Source: Podarcis erhardii (taxonomy: Eukaryota). From it: a stretch of 64,000 bases of DNA. The position numbers were made by a program, and so were the translations under genes. The notes beneath the pieces were generated by a model. The model had not been told where the DNA came from, ran no database searches, and worked only from the letters and a program-made list of their open reading frames with translations. Of the stretch, positions 38,312-53,399 are shown in pieces (within the stretch, counting starts at the first letter, position 1; each line of letters starts with the position of its first letter). Where the stretch lies: the NCBI GenBank assembly GCA_964252035.1, contig OZ176200.1; one strand, written 5' to 3'.

Positions 38312-41300
38312 TTTTCTCTCTTGTCTCCTTCAGCTCCTCAAAGTTGACTCTGGCCTCCAGGGTATGTGCATGTTTTTGGAGAGCCAGATTCTTTCCACTG
38401 AGCGCATCCTCTGTCATGCTTCTAACTCTTGATGCAAAACAGTATTGAGCTATTCTCCTTTTTTTAGACTTTTGCTGATACCCTTTGACCACTGTTAATT
38501 GCAGTTTCCTGGATGGAACTCTAGCGTTTGGTTTATTTTTATTTTTATTGGCAAGGATGCAATCATTTTATAATTACTATTTAGTCAGACACTTCCCTTG
38601 GTTTTTCACCCCAATTGTGTGTACTCCGGGACCTCCTAACATAGGTGGAGTGAAGGAAGGAAGGAAGGGCTTTTGCTTTCATACCCATTGCATCACTTTC
38701 CCAGACTTGCTGGGGAGGTTTCTAAAGGGCTAAGGAAAGGTGAATGTGATTTCCACTTCAAAACTAGGAGTAATTATTTCACTGAAGACCTAGGCTGACA
38801 TAGGAGTTGGAGCGGTTGGCATTTTCAAGGTAGAAAATCGGCAATGTATCTGGATGTCCTGGGCTGCCCAAACAGTGAGGACCCCCCAACACACACTTGA
38901 CCTCACTGAGGCGGTCTAAAGGAAATCAGAGGAATACATTTGGCACCAGCTTGGCTGCAGGAGTTGCCAGAAGGAGGCTCCACTCCGGATTTGTGTAGGA
39001 TTTACTCCTTAGCCTTTTCTTCTCCTGAAGATACCACACAAGGCAGCAGATGTTTAGGACCCGAGTTTTCCTTCCCCTAGATGGGTCCCTTTCTGTCCAT
39101 CCCTTCCCTCTACAGAAACCACCTTCTTGACCATTGGACCCTATATTAGTCTCAGCTGCTCAATCCACCAGAACTTGTCTCAATCCCCCGACACACAGGG
39201 GAAGTCCTTAACTCACCAAGGGTTTGAGACCCATCAGCTACCCTCACCTGGTTAAGCTGGCCAGTCAGAATTGTTTCCTGGCGTGTTGCTGCTGTCACAT
39301 GCTGACAGCTTCTGGGAGTTACAGGTGAGAGCTGAGTGCAGGGTGAGGACCAGAGATAGACCCCAGAAGGAGCATGACGTTTCCCCCGCCAGAGGTACTA
39401 TCCCTCCTCTTAACAGTCTACTTTGAAAGAAAAAGCCTTCTGTTGTTGCCATTGACAAGCATTTAGTTGTCAAACTCTTCCTGATCTACTGCAATTTATC
39501 CAGTAGTTCTAATATCATAGCACTTTGCTTATGTTCTTCTTAGGAGTTTACGTTCTTCTTGGGATCTGATGTTCTATGATACTGGAAACAAACTCCTGGA
39601 CTGAGGATGTGCTCGCACCAGCACCCCATTCCTTAATTATAACTGTGTGTCCATCCACCCTGAGCTATTATTTTGCACCTGGCTCTGGTTGGTGGAGCTT
39701 GAAGTTCTAGTAAAAATCCAAAATAGATCTTGCAAGTTTGAAGATGGTCCACCCATGGCCAAGTATGAACAACACAGCCTGACTTTGCTGGATTGGCAGA
39801 CATGCTGAAGAGGGAACAAGGGCCCCTCTTTGTGTGTAACCCTGTGTCACTTTCCCTTCCGCCCCTCTCTCTCCCCCCCTAACTTGAAGCTCATTTTTCA
39901 TATTTAAGGAGGGCATTACATTGGGAGAAGCTACTCCCTGTAGGTTTGGAATTTCATTTTGAGCAGTTGCCTCATGAGAGTAGCAGCGGTTCAATAGGAT
40001 AATGGTATCCGCTATGAACCAGCGCTAATGGCCTAACCCTGTGGGAGCCAGAAGAATTCTCCCCCAGAGAGTCAGCATGCAAATTCCCTTCCAGGCGGCT
40101 ACTGCTCAGACCTTTGGTGATTAGTCATGCTGGGGCTCAAGGCTGCATATGTTGGGAGGGGTGGGATTGTGTGTGTGTGTGCTACAGCTGAGGCCTGGGA
40201 GAGTTTGGTCTGCGCAGAGAAAGTGCTATCTCCTCTCCCATCACATCAATGTGCTCTGCCTTTCTGGGTCTTAAAACACCTCCCCCCCCCCTTTTATGGA
40301 GAGGAAGACAGTATTTCCAGGAGTTAAGGAAATGAAGAGATAGTTCAGAATAAATAGGCTTTCTAGTTATGCCTTACTCTTCATTGGCCAGGATGGAAAA
40401 GTAGCTTAAGTTACATTAGATATAGAAAGAGCAGAATTGGTATGGCTTATACATTGTTTTGAAAGCGTCCCAGTCACAAAACTTTATTTTTCATACTGCA
40501 TTTAACCAGTAAGGGGTTACAGAGTGTTGTAATTGAGCCGAGAATTAAATGTGCATGATCTTAGATTGTCAACCAGCAGGTTTACATTCTTGTTTTAACC
40601 TGAAATATATGAAACAACAAATATTTCTTCTGCTGTTCATGCAAGGCAAAATAAGGAGGTACTCAACCTCACATTAAGAGATCTGAAGGGAAAAACCCAA
40701 AGCTTGATGGTTTAATCCAAGTATGCCCTTGCAGTTGTGTTCTAGGAGTTGTGTGATATGTGAAACATTGCTGTTTGGATCTGTGAAGCATTCAATTGTT
40801 TCATCATGAGCATAGTTTGCTGGTCCAACCCATGAAAGCAGTCATTTGAATGGTACCTAATTGCTGCCGAGGAAGGACTGGTCTATGGATTTAGAGAGCA
40901 CATGACATGGGCCTTCTGGAATTACACCAATTCAGAATGCAAATGGAGGCCCCATGTTTGAATGTTCCAACATGTTAAAAAACAAACTAATAACACCGAC
41001 CATACCTCCCCATATGACCTGTGAGGTGGTTATGAGAAAACAAGGCCTGTCACCTGGAGCTGTTTGACATCAGACAAAGCCGTGATGCCAAATTTGTAAG
41101 CAAGTATTGGGAATGTACCAGTGCATTCCTTCTTCTTCCTTTGCAGCTCTGGCTTGTAAAAACCTTATTTTCAGCTTCTGTTCCAGAGCTCAGAGGTGAG
41201 TTTGGGGCCAGCCAACATAATCCCATTCCACCTATTCACCTGGAGCATTTTAGAAGAGAGGACTTTTAATTGTAAGGAGTAAGGCCACCCATTGGAGGAG

Positions 41301-42288
41301 CACGCAACTAATTTTGAAGTTCATCTTCCAATAACAGCCTGGTTATATGTTGTGGTAACTTTTGCATCCCTTTCTCCCTTGGCTAGGAACAGTTTTTCCT
41401 TCCTTCCATTTGAGATATGAGTCTTCAAGGCTGGTAAGGCTGGGAACATGGGCTTTGCTTTCCCATGTTAAACTTGCAGCCGTTGCCTTAGATAAAGTCA
41501 GGTAAATGGGGAAATGGAAAAGGACAATCTGTATTGTGTGGTTAACTGTTGTTTGCACTGGACAGTGGCAGGCAATTCCAGTTGATGTGGAGCTTGAAGC
41601 AAGCAACACTGACCATCCAGTTCCTAGACTGCAAGGGGACTTCTCTTTCCTCCTGCTCCTTGTGTGTGTTACTGCTGCATTCATTCCCCTGCCATTCTCT
41701 TGTGTTGGTGGAAGGGAAGAAGCCCAGGTGATGACAGCTGGGAGATAGTATCAGCAGACCAGGCAGGGATGAAAGGGTTTCACAATCTCCATCTTCTCTT
41801 TGCTCTGTTCTATTCTTCCTTTCTTTTTTTAAAAAATAGTTGGAAGTAACATTGTTCCTTTGGAGAACACACCTGTCAGGAGCAAAGTCCCTGTGCTACT
41901 CCCTTCCAGTCATAGTTGGCAGCCCTTGAAAGCACAGCCCTCCCAAAGGCTGAGAGTTTCTTTCAACCCTGAGGGGGGAGGCAGGGCTGTGATTGATTTA
42001 TGCTGTCCTTTTGAATTCCGGCCTTTTACGGATGGCAGCTTCACCTTTCTAAGGGATTATTCTTCTTGCTTGCTTGGGGATGTGAGGCTGCCAGTACTGA
42101 ATAACCGCTGAGAATTGTGGACGCATTCTCACTGCGCGCGTCTTGGGATGTAGTTGGGGCCTCTCCAAATGAACAACTAATAGAGCAACAAGTGTGCCCT
42201 TGTGGCTCATTTGTCGTCTGGCATCCGCACGCATTCTCTTGCTTAGTTAAAAGAAGGAGGGGAGAGAAATAGGTTTCCCCCTTTTGCC

Positions 42289-42473
42289 AGGAATGTAGGA
42301 AGCTTCCTTATACTGAGCCCAGACCATTAGCCTGTCTACACTGAGTGACAGTGGCCCTCCAGGATTTCAGGCTGGGCCCTCTTCCCAGCCCCACCCAGAG
42401 GTGCCCTACTCAGGGATCCATCATGGGACATTCTGCATGCAAAGCAGATGCTCTACCAACTAAGCTACAGCTC
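42289..42473 (-). mobile_element. tRNA-derived SINE (Squam2/Anolis-SINE2-like; name uncertain)
   Basis: Minus strand gctgtagcttagttggtagagcatctgctttgcatgcagaatgtccc...gtgtagacagg...agtataaggaagcttcctacattcct; homologous to 61303. Confidence 0.7.
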
Positions 42474-43287
42474 TTGGCATAGCGATTCCTGTTCTGCATT
42501 GCTTTTATGTCATGCAGCTTTCACTTTTGGTGATAGTGTGCTTTTGGAAATCTCAGGCTGAGCTACCCTCGAGGTATGGTTGAGCAGCATTTGGGATGCG
42601 GTCATCTCAGAGCGACTAACCAGGCTAAGAAGGGTAGCAGAAGGTGTGTAACAAAAAGAGATACCCTTGTTGAAACCTTGTACTCGTTCTACACACCTGT
42701 TTTATAGTTTTGTTTTTCATCTTTTCATTTTCACCAGTTGTTATATCTGTTCTCTCTGTTTTATATACAGTACATTATAAAAAAATGGAATAAAAAATAT
42801 TGACCAAAAAAAGAATCCTTCTGGTCTTCCTTCTTTTCATATGCAAGGGATAAACATAACAATTCTCTCCCACCAACTACTCAAATTTGTCTGTGGAGAG
42901 TGATATTAATCACTAATGCCTTAAGAATATGCTTGAAATGACATTACATAATCAATGTAATGTTTTATTTTTGGTGGAGATTGTATTGCATAACTAGACT
43001 TACACCCAGTTTTTCTTGTAACCGTTTTTATTATTTTGAAAAATAAAATAAAAAAAATGAAAGAAAAAGAAAAAGAAAGCTTGGATAAAGAGAGCCCTGC
43101 CCAGACAGAAGTATCCTGGGTTCATTACTGTTACTAACTTTGTTTTAGTAAGTTGGTCATGTGTAGTTTCTCTTTTATTGTTCCTAGTTCTCTTTGCACA
43201 AAAGAACAAAAAACCCAAGCCCATGTATTGGTGAAGCCTTTTGGGTGCTCTTAATCAGTTCCCTCTCTTCTCCTCCTTCCATTCTAG

Positions 43288-43404
43288 TGCTGCCCACTTG
43301 CTCCCCCTTGGATTTTCACTGCGACAACGGCAAGTGCATCCGTCGCTCATGGGTCTGCGATGGAGACAATGACTGCGAAGATGACTCCGATGAGCAAGAC
43401 TGCC
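43288..43404 (+). CDS. LRP4: LRP4 exon 3, LDLa repeat 2 ([38 protein letters not shown])
   Basis: ttccattctag|TG ... TGCC|gtaagt, 117 nt, phase 1-1. Confidence 0.97.
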
Positions 43405-43926
43405 GTAAGTTCACTCCTCACCGGTCCTCAGAAACAGGGCAGAGCCACTACTGCTGTTCCACCCTACCTGGTAGGAAGCTGGCATAGCGGCTCCAGAGTC
43501 GTGACTCGCCTGCCTGGGAAGCTGGCGTCGTGGCTCCACCCCCACCTGGCAATCTGCTTCTGCAGGTCTCGTGTTCAGAATTGTTTTCCGAGAGCACAAA
43601 GAGCATAGCTGGCGTATCTCAAGCATAGCTGGCTCTTTGCAGGAGTAAGACAGGTCACTAAAAACCACCGTTGTTATTAGCAGCAGTTGTAATTACTGTG
43701 GTGTAGTTTGCAGTTCCATCCAGGCTGGGCATTGAGTGGCCTGCTCTGGTAGGTGGGATGCGCTGCCTCAAGCCCTTGGGGATGGTGTCCTTATGCTGCT
43801 GTTCGCTTGATGCTGGGCTCCCGTAATAAGGACGTGCCCCATAAATTGAAAGAGGACACAGTTCTCAATGATGCTGGGCAGCACACAAACACTTTCCCGG
43901 CTAAGCGAACCTGTGTGTGTTTCTGA

Positions 43927-44079
<153 letters not shown>

Positions 44080-44337
44080 TAGTAGCCAAATCCCACAGAG
44101 ATTGCTAGAGAAGGGCTTGCGTGGACTTTTGTTGAAGGCAGTGGGCTAAGATTTCTGCATTTCGGAACCTTTGCAGGAAGACTGCTGGCAGTGGGGATTT
44201 AGTGTAGCAGATAGGGCTGGTTGGTCACTGCTTCCAAGTCAGTGGGTGAGATCGAAACAAAAAATGCACAGAGGGAGAAGGCTGGGAATTACTCTCCAAC
44301 CAGACCGTTATTGTATATGATATGATGTTAAAGTTAT

Positions 44338-44557
44338 ATTTATATAACCTGCAAATCCCGCCTTTCCTCCAAGGAGCTCAAGGTGGCGTACGTGGTTCTC
44401 CCCCCCCCCCCCTATTTTATTCTCACAAGCTCGTGAGGTACGTCTGGCTGAGAAACAGTGACCTGCCCAAGGGCACCCAGTGAACTTCATGCTTCAGGGT
44501 GAACCCTAGTCTCCTAGTTCCTAGTCCAACGCTTCCAACCATTACACCACACTGGCT
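44338..44557 (-). mobile_element. MIR/Ther1-derived SINE (Squam3-like)
   Basis: Minus strand agccagtgtggtgtaatggttggaagcgttggactagg...catgaagttcactgggtgcccttgggcag...agctccttggaggaaaggcgggat. Confidence 0.78.
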
Positions 44558-44770
44558 ACCTCAGAGGAAATTAAGATTACACACTTGATTATTCTGGGCC
44601 AAGCAACAGGAACTATGCTGCATTCCTTTGTTGCTATAGGCTGCTCCTGGAAGATTGGGCCTCTCCCAGACAAAACCCCATTGTCGTGTTATCACCAGCC
44701 TTGTGTGAACCTTCTTGTATTTCTTCAGAATTCCTGAAGGTGCATTCAAAAATTAACCCATTGCCTAGTA

Positions 44771-44955
44771 CAGTGGTACCTCGGGTTACAGACGCTTCAG
44801 GTTACAGACTCCGCTAACCCAGAAATAGTACCTCGGGTTAAGAACTTTGCTTCAGGATGAGAACAGGCGGCGGCGGCAGGAGGCCCCATTAGCTAAAGTG
44901 GTACCTCAGGTTAAGAATGGGCCTCGGGTTAAGTTCTTTACCCGAGGTACCACTG
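44771..44955. mobile_element. Tc1/mariner (Tigger/pogo-type) MITE, internally deleted
   Basis: 16-bp perfect TIR cagtggtacctcgggt; TA duplicated at 44769-44770 and 44956-44957. Confidence 0.9.
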
Positions 44956-45003
44956 TATTAAAAAGGAAGGAGCACATAAGCAGTGAGCACATTTGTGGGC
45001 TAG

Positions 45004-45294
<291 letters not shown>

Positions 45295-45933
45295 TGATGT
45301 CACATGGTATCTTTTGTAATGAATGCTAGGCTTACTTCAGTTTTCTCTTGAAATAAGGACCTATTGTGACTCCGAAGCCTTGCAGTGGTGTAATAGAGCA
45401 TATAGATTAGCAGTGCAAATCTGTGCAGGCATTTTGCCAAATTCATACTCCTGAGCCCAAAGCTCTGCTTAAAATTACATCACCCCTCCTCCCTTTGATA
45501 ACAGCATGCATCTCTTAAGCTTTGAAATGATAATGGGCTGCAGCTAGAGCAGCTGTAACCTTCTGCAGCACCTTTCTTCTCTTTCTGTCTTAAAAGAGCA
45601 ACACGTTCTCCCACACTGATGTTTTTTAGAGTGACTCATAATAAACGCAAATGGGGGAAAGTCACATTGCAGTTGAAAATCCATATTCATTATTCAAGAA
45701 GTACCTGTGAGCAAGGACGAACTTTAAAGGGTCTGATATGCTGCTCAAAGAGAAAGCAATAAGATTTTTAGTTGCAACGTCACCAATTCCGTTCATATTC
45801 TTCCTTGAGTCTTACTCCGGAAACACTGAGGTGAAGGAGAGAGTTGTGTTGGACTTGCCCTTTTCTTCAAAGGAAGGGCATGTTAACCACCGCCACCCCC
45901 CAACCCCCATTATGCAGGTTGGTTATCATTAAT

Positions 45934-46109
45934 AACATTTCTTCCAAGGAGCTGAAATTGACATACATGGTTCTTCCCCCTCCCCATTTTATCCCCACAA
46001 CAATCCTGTGAGGTACGTTAGGTTATGAGACAGGGACGGGCCCTGGGTCACCCAGTGAACTTCATGGCTGACACTGGATTTGAAACCTGGGCTCCCAGTT
46101 CCCAACACT
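45934..46109 (-). mobile_element. MIR/Ther1-derived SINE (Squam3-like), diverged
   Basis: ttccaaggagct...ccccacaacaatcctgtgagg...tcacccagtgaacttcatggctga...tttgaaacctggg. Confidence 0.7.
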
Positions 46110-47912
46110 GATCTGCTGCCCCTGTAGAAGCAGGGAGGGGGAATAAACCACTCTGCAAAGTTTTCAACATCTGCAGCCAAACCAAGCTACCAGCCACGTT
46201 CTCTTACTGCTAGGTGTGTGTAAAAGTTCTCTGTGTTTCTAAATTTGTGAGACTAAGATGACTGCAATCCCCTGAGCAGCCTGTATCTTTTGATACGAGC
46301 TATTGTTGCTCTGTTGGTAGGAAAAATTTGGCTAACCTTTTGCTACCACTTAAGTAAGTAGTGCTGCTTTTTTTCCTTTTAAGTTAGTCTATTTGTTTTC
46401 TTGGTCCCATAAAAACCACCATGTTATTCATTTTGTATATCTCTGGTATCTCTTGGCAACTTGAGGGTTGTTCCCCCTATCTGTTTCCTGAGCACTGGGG
46501 CTTTGAACCACACCTTGAGCAAAGATTTTTGTGAGCATGGGAAAGCGGCTCAACTTTTTGGGGTGGGCTGGTGCCGGAAGAGGATCAGCTTTAATTTGTG
46601 CCAAAGATTCTGAGGAAGCACTCTGGATGAATTCCTTCCCAGGACTTTACCCTTCGCTCCAGCCTATGGAATCATCCCTCCCATAATCTCCCTTTGCTTG
46701 GTCCTTAAATTTTATCACCAGTGAGTTAAAAGATTTTTGGAGTTAGCTGCTGGGAGTATTGGGGGAGCTGCCTCTAGCCTATTGTGGGGTTGCCTGTCAT
46801 TTAGCGCTTTTTATCAGGTTTCTGTTTCCCCCCTTACCTCTATGTCTGAGCAGTAGCAATGGAAGAACTCTCTCTCTCTTCCTCCTCCTCCACTTCTGTC
46901 TCAAGGGCATTTTGCAGAATTTGTTCTAGATAGGAGGAAACTTCAAAAGGTCTGGGGGTGGGGGTGGGGAAGACGACCGGGGCTGCCAGCTCCTGAAGGG
47001 CAAGGGTGGGGAACGGTGTTGTGTGGGGTTGTCTTTTATCTCCCCAGATAATAAGAGCTGGCCAGCAGCCAAAGCTGCAAAGACTTCTGAGCCAGGAAAA
47101 AGGCTCTGAGAGAGAAAGCCAACCTCTCTCTTTCTCTCCTGTTCATTGGCTGGGCCTTCCCTCGCTGGTTATTAATAAACATCCATGCCTCAGGGATGGG
47201 AGAGGAACGAAACTCAAATGTTGCCATGTTTAGCGGCAGGGTAAAAGAGGGATTAGGAAAGGTATCTTCTTAGGCCTGGGTACTTCTTAAAAATCTGCCT
47301 TAATAAGCTTTTAAAAAAAACACACCCAAGGTGAGTAGTGTTTCCTCCTTTTAGAAAGGCGTAGCCTTGCTACATCACTTGTGCTTCTCTGCCCCCAAGT
47401 TCCCCATCCCTCTTGGTTAGTATTTGCAATGGAAAAAGGTACATGGCCAGAACGGTTGACCCCAAGCATTGTCTGGACCAGAGGTGATGAGCATGCGTTG
47501 AGCTTTTAAGCTCTACCCTTTTCCCTACAACCAGAGCCACGTGCAAAACATTGGCTTAGTGGGGAGGGAGGACGCAAGCACTTCAAATTGTGGCAGCAGC
47601 ATATGTGCGACCCCAGAATTTGTTTGTAGTACCAGAACCAAGTTGAATTTTTAATGCAAAAATAAAAAATAAAAAAATCTACTCTTTGATTTTCATTCAC
47701 ACCAGGGTTTCATTCTTTCAGCAGTCTAATTTAGAGAGGGAGGAGTTTCCTCCCCACTCACGCTGCTATTGGTAAATTGGTCAGGAGTCAGATTTACTGA
47801 TCTTCTGTGGATCACCAGAAGATGTACCACTGCCCACCCTTGGTCTGGATTCCAGTGTGCTAGGCTCTTGGTGGCCGTTCATTTGCCTTAATCTAATGCT
47901 AATCTAATGCTG

Positions 47913-47935
47913 GTGTGTGTGTGTGTGTGTGTGTG
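47913..47935. repeat. (GT)11 microsatellite, preceded by a 2x11-bp repeat taatctaatgc (47889-47910)
   Basis: Direct reading. Confidence 0.95.
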
Positions 47936-49132
47936 AACACTTGTGCACCCCTACTGTGGCAGTTCTGCTCAGGCTTCCTGCCAGAGTATCTTTTCCTTTT
48001 TGTGTTCCGTGGTTCTGGTTTCTTCCCTCTTTGAATCTTACAGTCCTGACAGCGGTGCCTGGGCACATTGTCCCAGCACACACAGAATGTTCTTGTCCTG
48101 CCTAATTCTCCTTGGAGGGCTCTTTTCTGTGCCATAAAGAATTGCCGTGGAGAAGGGCTTCATTGTAAAACCTTTGTCATAGATTATGCTGGGTGCTGCA
48201 CAGGGTCAGAGTTCTTGGGAAGAATTCTTACAATAAAAAAAGAGGGGGGGAGAGATGCTTGTTCTGGCATCATTTTGAAAGAAGCCGAATTCTTCAAAAG
48301 CCTGGCACTGCTCAGGATGTCTTCAGCTCAGCAGTGTTAGCTAGATTTAAACTCTCAAATGTGCCCTCTGCTTTTCAGCCTTAGCAACTTGGCTAACATC
48401 AGACCTTGGCACAGTCAGCTCTTAGGTGTATATGGGTGTGGTTCCAGGGACAGGGAAAATTATAGCTCTATGATGGCCTGGAGCTATCTCAAAAGGTTAG
48501 CTTGCTTTTTGGGGGGGCCTTTAGAAAACAGCGGGCTCAGAGCACTTGATGAACACTTGGCATGCTTGCGGATCGCCATAAATCAGTTCACATTATGGTT
48601 CCCACATGGATTTGCCCATGTGCTGAAATCTGCTGTTCTTAATATGTGTACTGTCACACACACACACTGCTGCGTCTGCCTGCCCAAATAATTCTATTTT
48701 TGGTAGCGTTCATCAGGGTGCGGCACCACTGAACAACAGCTACAGGGTTACTTTTCAGGGACATGCTATTCCTGCTGCACCTGAATGTCAGGAGGGGACT
48801 GCCTCTTCCACGACACCCAAATTTTCAGCATGCTCATTGTATGCACTATGCTGGTTTTAATGTGTGGGACCGCTAGGGGCAGTTACCATGTGGAAGGTGG
48901 CCTAGGTAAATTAGGCAAATACCCTTATGTGAGACTTGATACGTAGTATTGGGATAACAGTAGGGAAGTGCTGCAAAGGTTTCATTCTTGGTGGACACTT
49001 GCAAAGCAATGAACATTTCGTCCAGAAATAAAGATTTGCCACAGGGCAGGTAACACTCTTGACACTTTTCAGTGTAGTGGCAAGCTTGCATATGCGTGAT
49101 GCCTTCCTCTTTTGTTTTTCTGTATTTGAGAA

Positions 49133-49289
49133 GGGCCACAGTTTAGTGGTAGGTCATCTGCTTTGCCTACAGAAGGTCCCTGTTTCAATTCCTGACATCT
49201 TCAGGTAGTGCTGGGAAAGATTCCTGCCTGAAGTTCTGGCCTAGATTGACCAAGGTGTGACTTGGTTTAAGGCCATTTTCTGCGTTCCT
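49133..49289 (+). mobile_element. tRNA-derived SINE (Squam2-like), internally deleted
   Basis: gggccacagtttagtggtag...ctgctttgcctacagaaggtccctgtttcaattcctgacatct...ctgggaaagattcctgcctgaa. Confidence 0.65.
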
Positions 49290-49358
49290 GTGTACCTTGT
49301 TGCTCACAGTGCCAAAAGCACTAGCCTTACATAAGTATTCTTCATCCTTTTTTTTTAG

Positions 49359-49487
49359 CATCAGATATTCCAGCAACAACATGTAGCCTGGAGGAGTTCC
49401 AGTGTGCATATGGGCGCTGTATCCTGGACATCTACCACTGTGATGGAGACGATGACTGTGGGGACTGGTCTGATGAATCCGACTGCT
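49359..49487 (+). CDS. LRP4: LRP4 exon 6, LDLa repeat 5 ([42 protein letters not shown])
   Basis: cctttttttttag|CA ... TGCT|gtaagt, 129 nt, phase 1-1. Confidence 0.96.
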
Positions 49488-49806
49488 GTAAGTTACCTGG
49501 GGCGATGGCATGCTGGGTGGGTTGCTGCATTGCATTTAAAACAAAAATCAATTTCATTTCTGAGAAGACAAAACTGTGCTGCATCGAGAATCCGTAGCTT
49601 CTATGCTCAGAAGAAATAGTACAAATCCAAGAATACATTTGCTTCCAGCGATTCTGTTTGCAACAAGGGATTTCCCCAGAATTAACACTGGGTTGGAAAG
49701 GCAAGAAAGGAAATGTCCTAGGGAACATGCAGTGGAGGTACCTGGGATTTACTCTAATTTGGGCTCAATAAAGAATGGATTGCAATCCACTGTCTTCTCT
49801 TTGCAG

Positions 49807-49926
49807 CCTCTCACCAGCCATGCCGCTCAGGCGAGTTCATGTGCAACAATGGTTTGTGCATTAATGCTGGATGGAGATGTGACGGTGACTTTGACTGTGA
49901 CGATCAATCGGATGAGAAGAATTGCA
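49807..49926 (+). CDS. LRP4: LRP4 exon 7, LDLa repeat 6 ([39 protein letters not shown])
   Basis: ttctctttgcag|CC ... TGCA|gtgagt, 120 nt, phase 1-1. Confidence 0.97.
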
Positions 49927-50500
49927 GTGAGTGCCTTGGGGCTTGCAGAGGAGCTTTAGTGTAGGGACAGCAAGGGGATGTGTGGGGCCCTGGTGATATC
50001 AGACAGGGGTCAACTTTCAGTTTTGGATAAGACACGCTGGCTTTGTTGTTTGGGTTATATATTAGTGTTTCTGTTGCTAGGTATTTGTTTAATCTTAGTA
50101 TATATTCATTAATATGTTTGACCTATTAATGCTTGCATGGCTATTTAAATTTAGGGATGTTTTGCAATTAATGAATAATATTTAAACGTTGCTGTGTTTT
50201 ATTATATAAACTTTTCTGATACATGCTTATTTGCCTTATTCAATATTTGTATTATTATTATTATACCGCCCTATACCCAGAGGTCTAAGGGTGGTTCACA
50301 TAAAAAGATCACGGTATATAAAATAAAAACGAGAGTTTATTTAAAGTTAGGGATGCTTTCCAATTAGTGAATTCTACTGAAAAGTTGTCTAAACCATTTC
50401 TGATGGCGTGAGGCACTTTTGGGTAAAGTGACATACAAAAAAAACATGATGACGAAGAACAGGTGAAATTCACGGAGTTCCCTCGTTTTTATTTCCTCAG

Positions 50501-50626
50501 CTACATCTATGTGCACAGCTGACCAGTTCCGCTGTAAATCCGGCCGCTGTGTCCGCCTCTCTTGGCGCTGTGATGGGGAGGATGATTGCACTGATTACAG
50601 CGATGAAGAAAACTGCGAGGATACAG
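50501..50626 (+). CDS. LRP4: LRP4 exon 8, LDLa repeat 7 ([41 protein letters not shown])
   Basis: atttcctcag|CT ... ACAG|gtgaaa, 126 nt, phase 1-1. Confidence 0.96.
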
Positions 50627-51030
50627 GTGAAAATTGTGAAAGCAAACCGTTGTGTTGCAGGGTTTTGTGTGTCCCCCACCCCAATCGGCCTTCCTGTATT
50701 AGAATCATTTCTTAAATATTAGAATTTACAGAATTGGGAAGGGAGTTCCAGAATTTGGTTCCAACTACTGGATGAAGCAAATCAGTATGTCCCGATACTT
50801 CATTTTAATACTTGTTTTTATTAAAGGGTTTTCATAGTTAACAATGAAATCCCGTTGAAAATAATGGATCTGAGTTAGTCATGTCCATTAACTTCCGTGG
50901 ATTTACTCTTTGTGGGACTAGCATTGAATACCACCCAATGTATATAGCATTACTTCAAGTTAACAGTGAAAGTTGAGGCTAATCAGCTAGATACAACAAA
51001 ATAAAATAAAATAAAATAATAAAAAAAATT

Positions 51031-51304
51031 TCCTTCCAGTAGCACCTTAAAGACCAACTAAGTTAGTTCTTGGTATGAGCTTTCATGTGCATGCACACTT
51101 CTTCAGATACACTGAAACAGAAGTCACCAGACCCTTCTATATAGTGAGAAGGTGGGGAGGGGTATTACTCAGAAGGGTGGTGGGATTGGGTGATTGGCAG
51201 ATAGCTGTGATGAGCCTGTTGACGACTCTTAACGACTGCAATAGGTCTTGCAGGAAAAAGCAAGGGGTGAGAAGGCAGACCAATACGGCTACCTATCTGT
51301 AACT
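51031..51304. mobile_element. Penelope-like retroelement fragment (family assignment from memory)
   Basis: ccttccagtagcaccttaaagaccaactaag...tatgagctttcatgtgcatgcacacttcttcagatac resembles reptile Penelope terminal repeats; preceded by (AAAAT)n. Confidence 0.5.
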
Positions 51305-51453
51305 GCAGCTAGATACAGTAGGTCAATGTTCTGACTTGGTGTTAGGCAGCTTCCTGTATTTTACTGAGGATGTGGAATCTTCTAGAATGTGACTTCAAAT
51401 GGAGATAAACTAGTATCCTTACTGTACATGAAAATTAGATTACTTTCTCTTAA

Positions 51454-52075
<622 letters not shown>

Positions 52076-52165
52076 TTAACCTGGCCTTTGTAGTGCTTCT
52101 GCAACATTTTAGAAAAAATAAGCAGCTGCCTGGTGAGTTTTCAACTTAATGTGCTTCTTCTGCAG

Positions 52166-52300
52166 GTCTTCGAACTGGAGAAGAAAACTGCAACCTCAAC
52201 AACGGGGGCTGCGCCCAGAAGTGCCAGATGACTCGAGGGACGGTGCAGTGTACCTGCCACACAGGTTACAGGCTCCTGGAGGATGGGAGGTCATGTCAAG
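52166..52300 (+). CDS. LRP4: LRP4 exon 10, EGF-like 1 ([43 protein letters not shown])
   Basis: cttcttctgcag|GT ... CAAG|gtcagc, 135 nt, phase 1-1. Confidence 0.96.
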
Positions 52301-52528
52301 GTCAGCAGCCTCATGCCTTGGGCCATCTGTTGGTAGAATCATGCATGTCTACAATATGAGTGGATGTGGATTTTAGATTCCTGCTCTGGCCTCTACCCCA
52401 GTGCTGCCAGGACTGGGGTTTAAACAAGTGTAGGGCCAACGACGTAATTGCTCTGGGACTCATGTGCTCTTTGCCCACTGGATATACTGAGCTGAAAGGC
52501 CTGTTGGTCTGAGCTCTTAAGTTCTTAG

Positions 52529-52837
<309 letters not shown>

Positions 52838-53399
52838 TGATGCAATGTTGTCGGCTTAGTTTGGAGCTTCAGCTTTTATTTGGAGTTCAATTCTGAGTTG
52901 CTGATTGCACCATAGAATAAGACTCATGCTCTTTCTTTATCTCCCCCCTGCCTGCATGCTCCTATTGAAAATAGAAAATGGGTGTGTTTGGTGGCAGTGG
53001 TGAAGCTCTATGGCTGTGCTTTGAGCATTTTAGCAGGCAGTTGCACATCAGGGTAAGAAATAGCAGAGTGGGTGTCGGGAAGCCTGGAATGAAGAGCACG
53101 ATTGGATTTTTAGTGACTGTTTGCTTGTCAAAGGCTTTGAGGTGGCTGAGCCAAGAGATTTGCAGTGCTCATGTGAGACTTTTTTGCTAGGATTTAGATA
53201 TGCTGATTCATTTGATTCCTGAGAAACCACATGGCAGCTGTGCCAGTCCCATCAGCAAGGGCTGCAGATTCTGACTTGAGCAAAACAGAGGAGTTATGGG
53301 AAGGGAGGGTTGACATGGGTGCTGTGGCCCATATGCAACCCCACCCCAATAGGAAAAATTTTCACAGATTCCCTTCCCCACATTTCAGATTGAGTTTAT

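Noticed and set aside
42789-42794. Sense AATAAA signals in introns (e.g. here and 58845) as intronic polyadenylation producing soluble LRP4
   Set aside because: AATAAA is frequent in AT-rich introns and LINE tails, and I see no clear downstream GU-rich element. This cannot be supported without 3'-end data.
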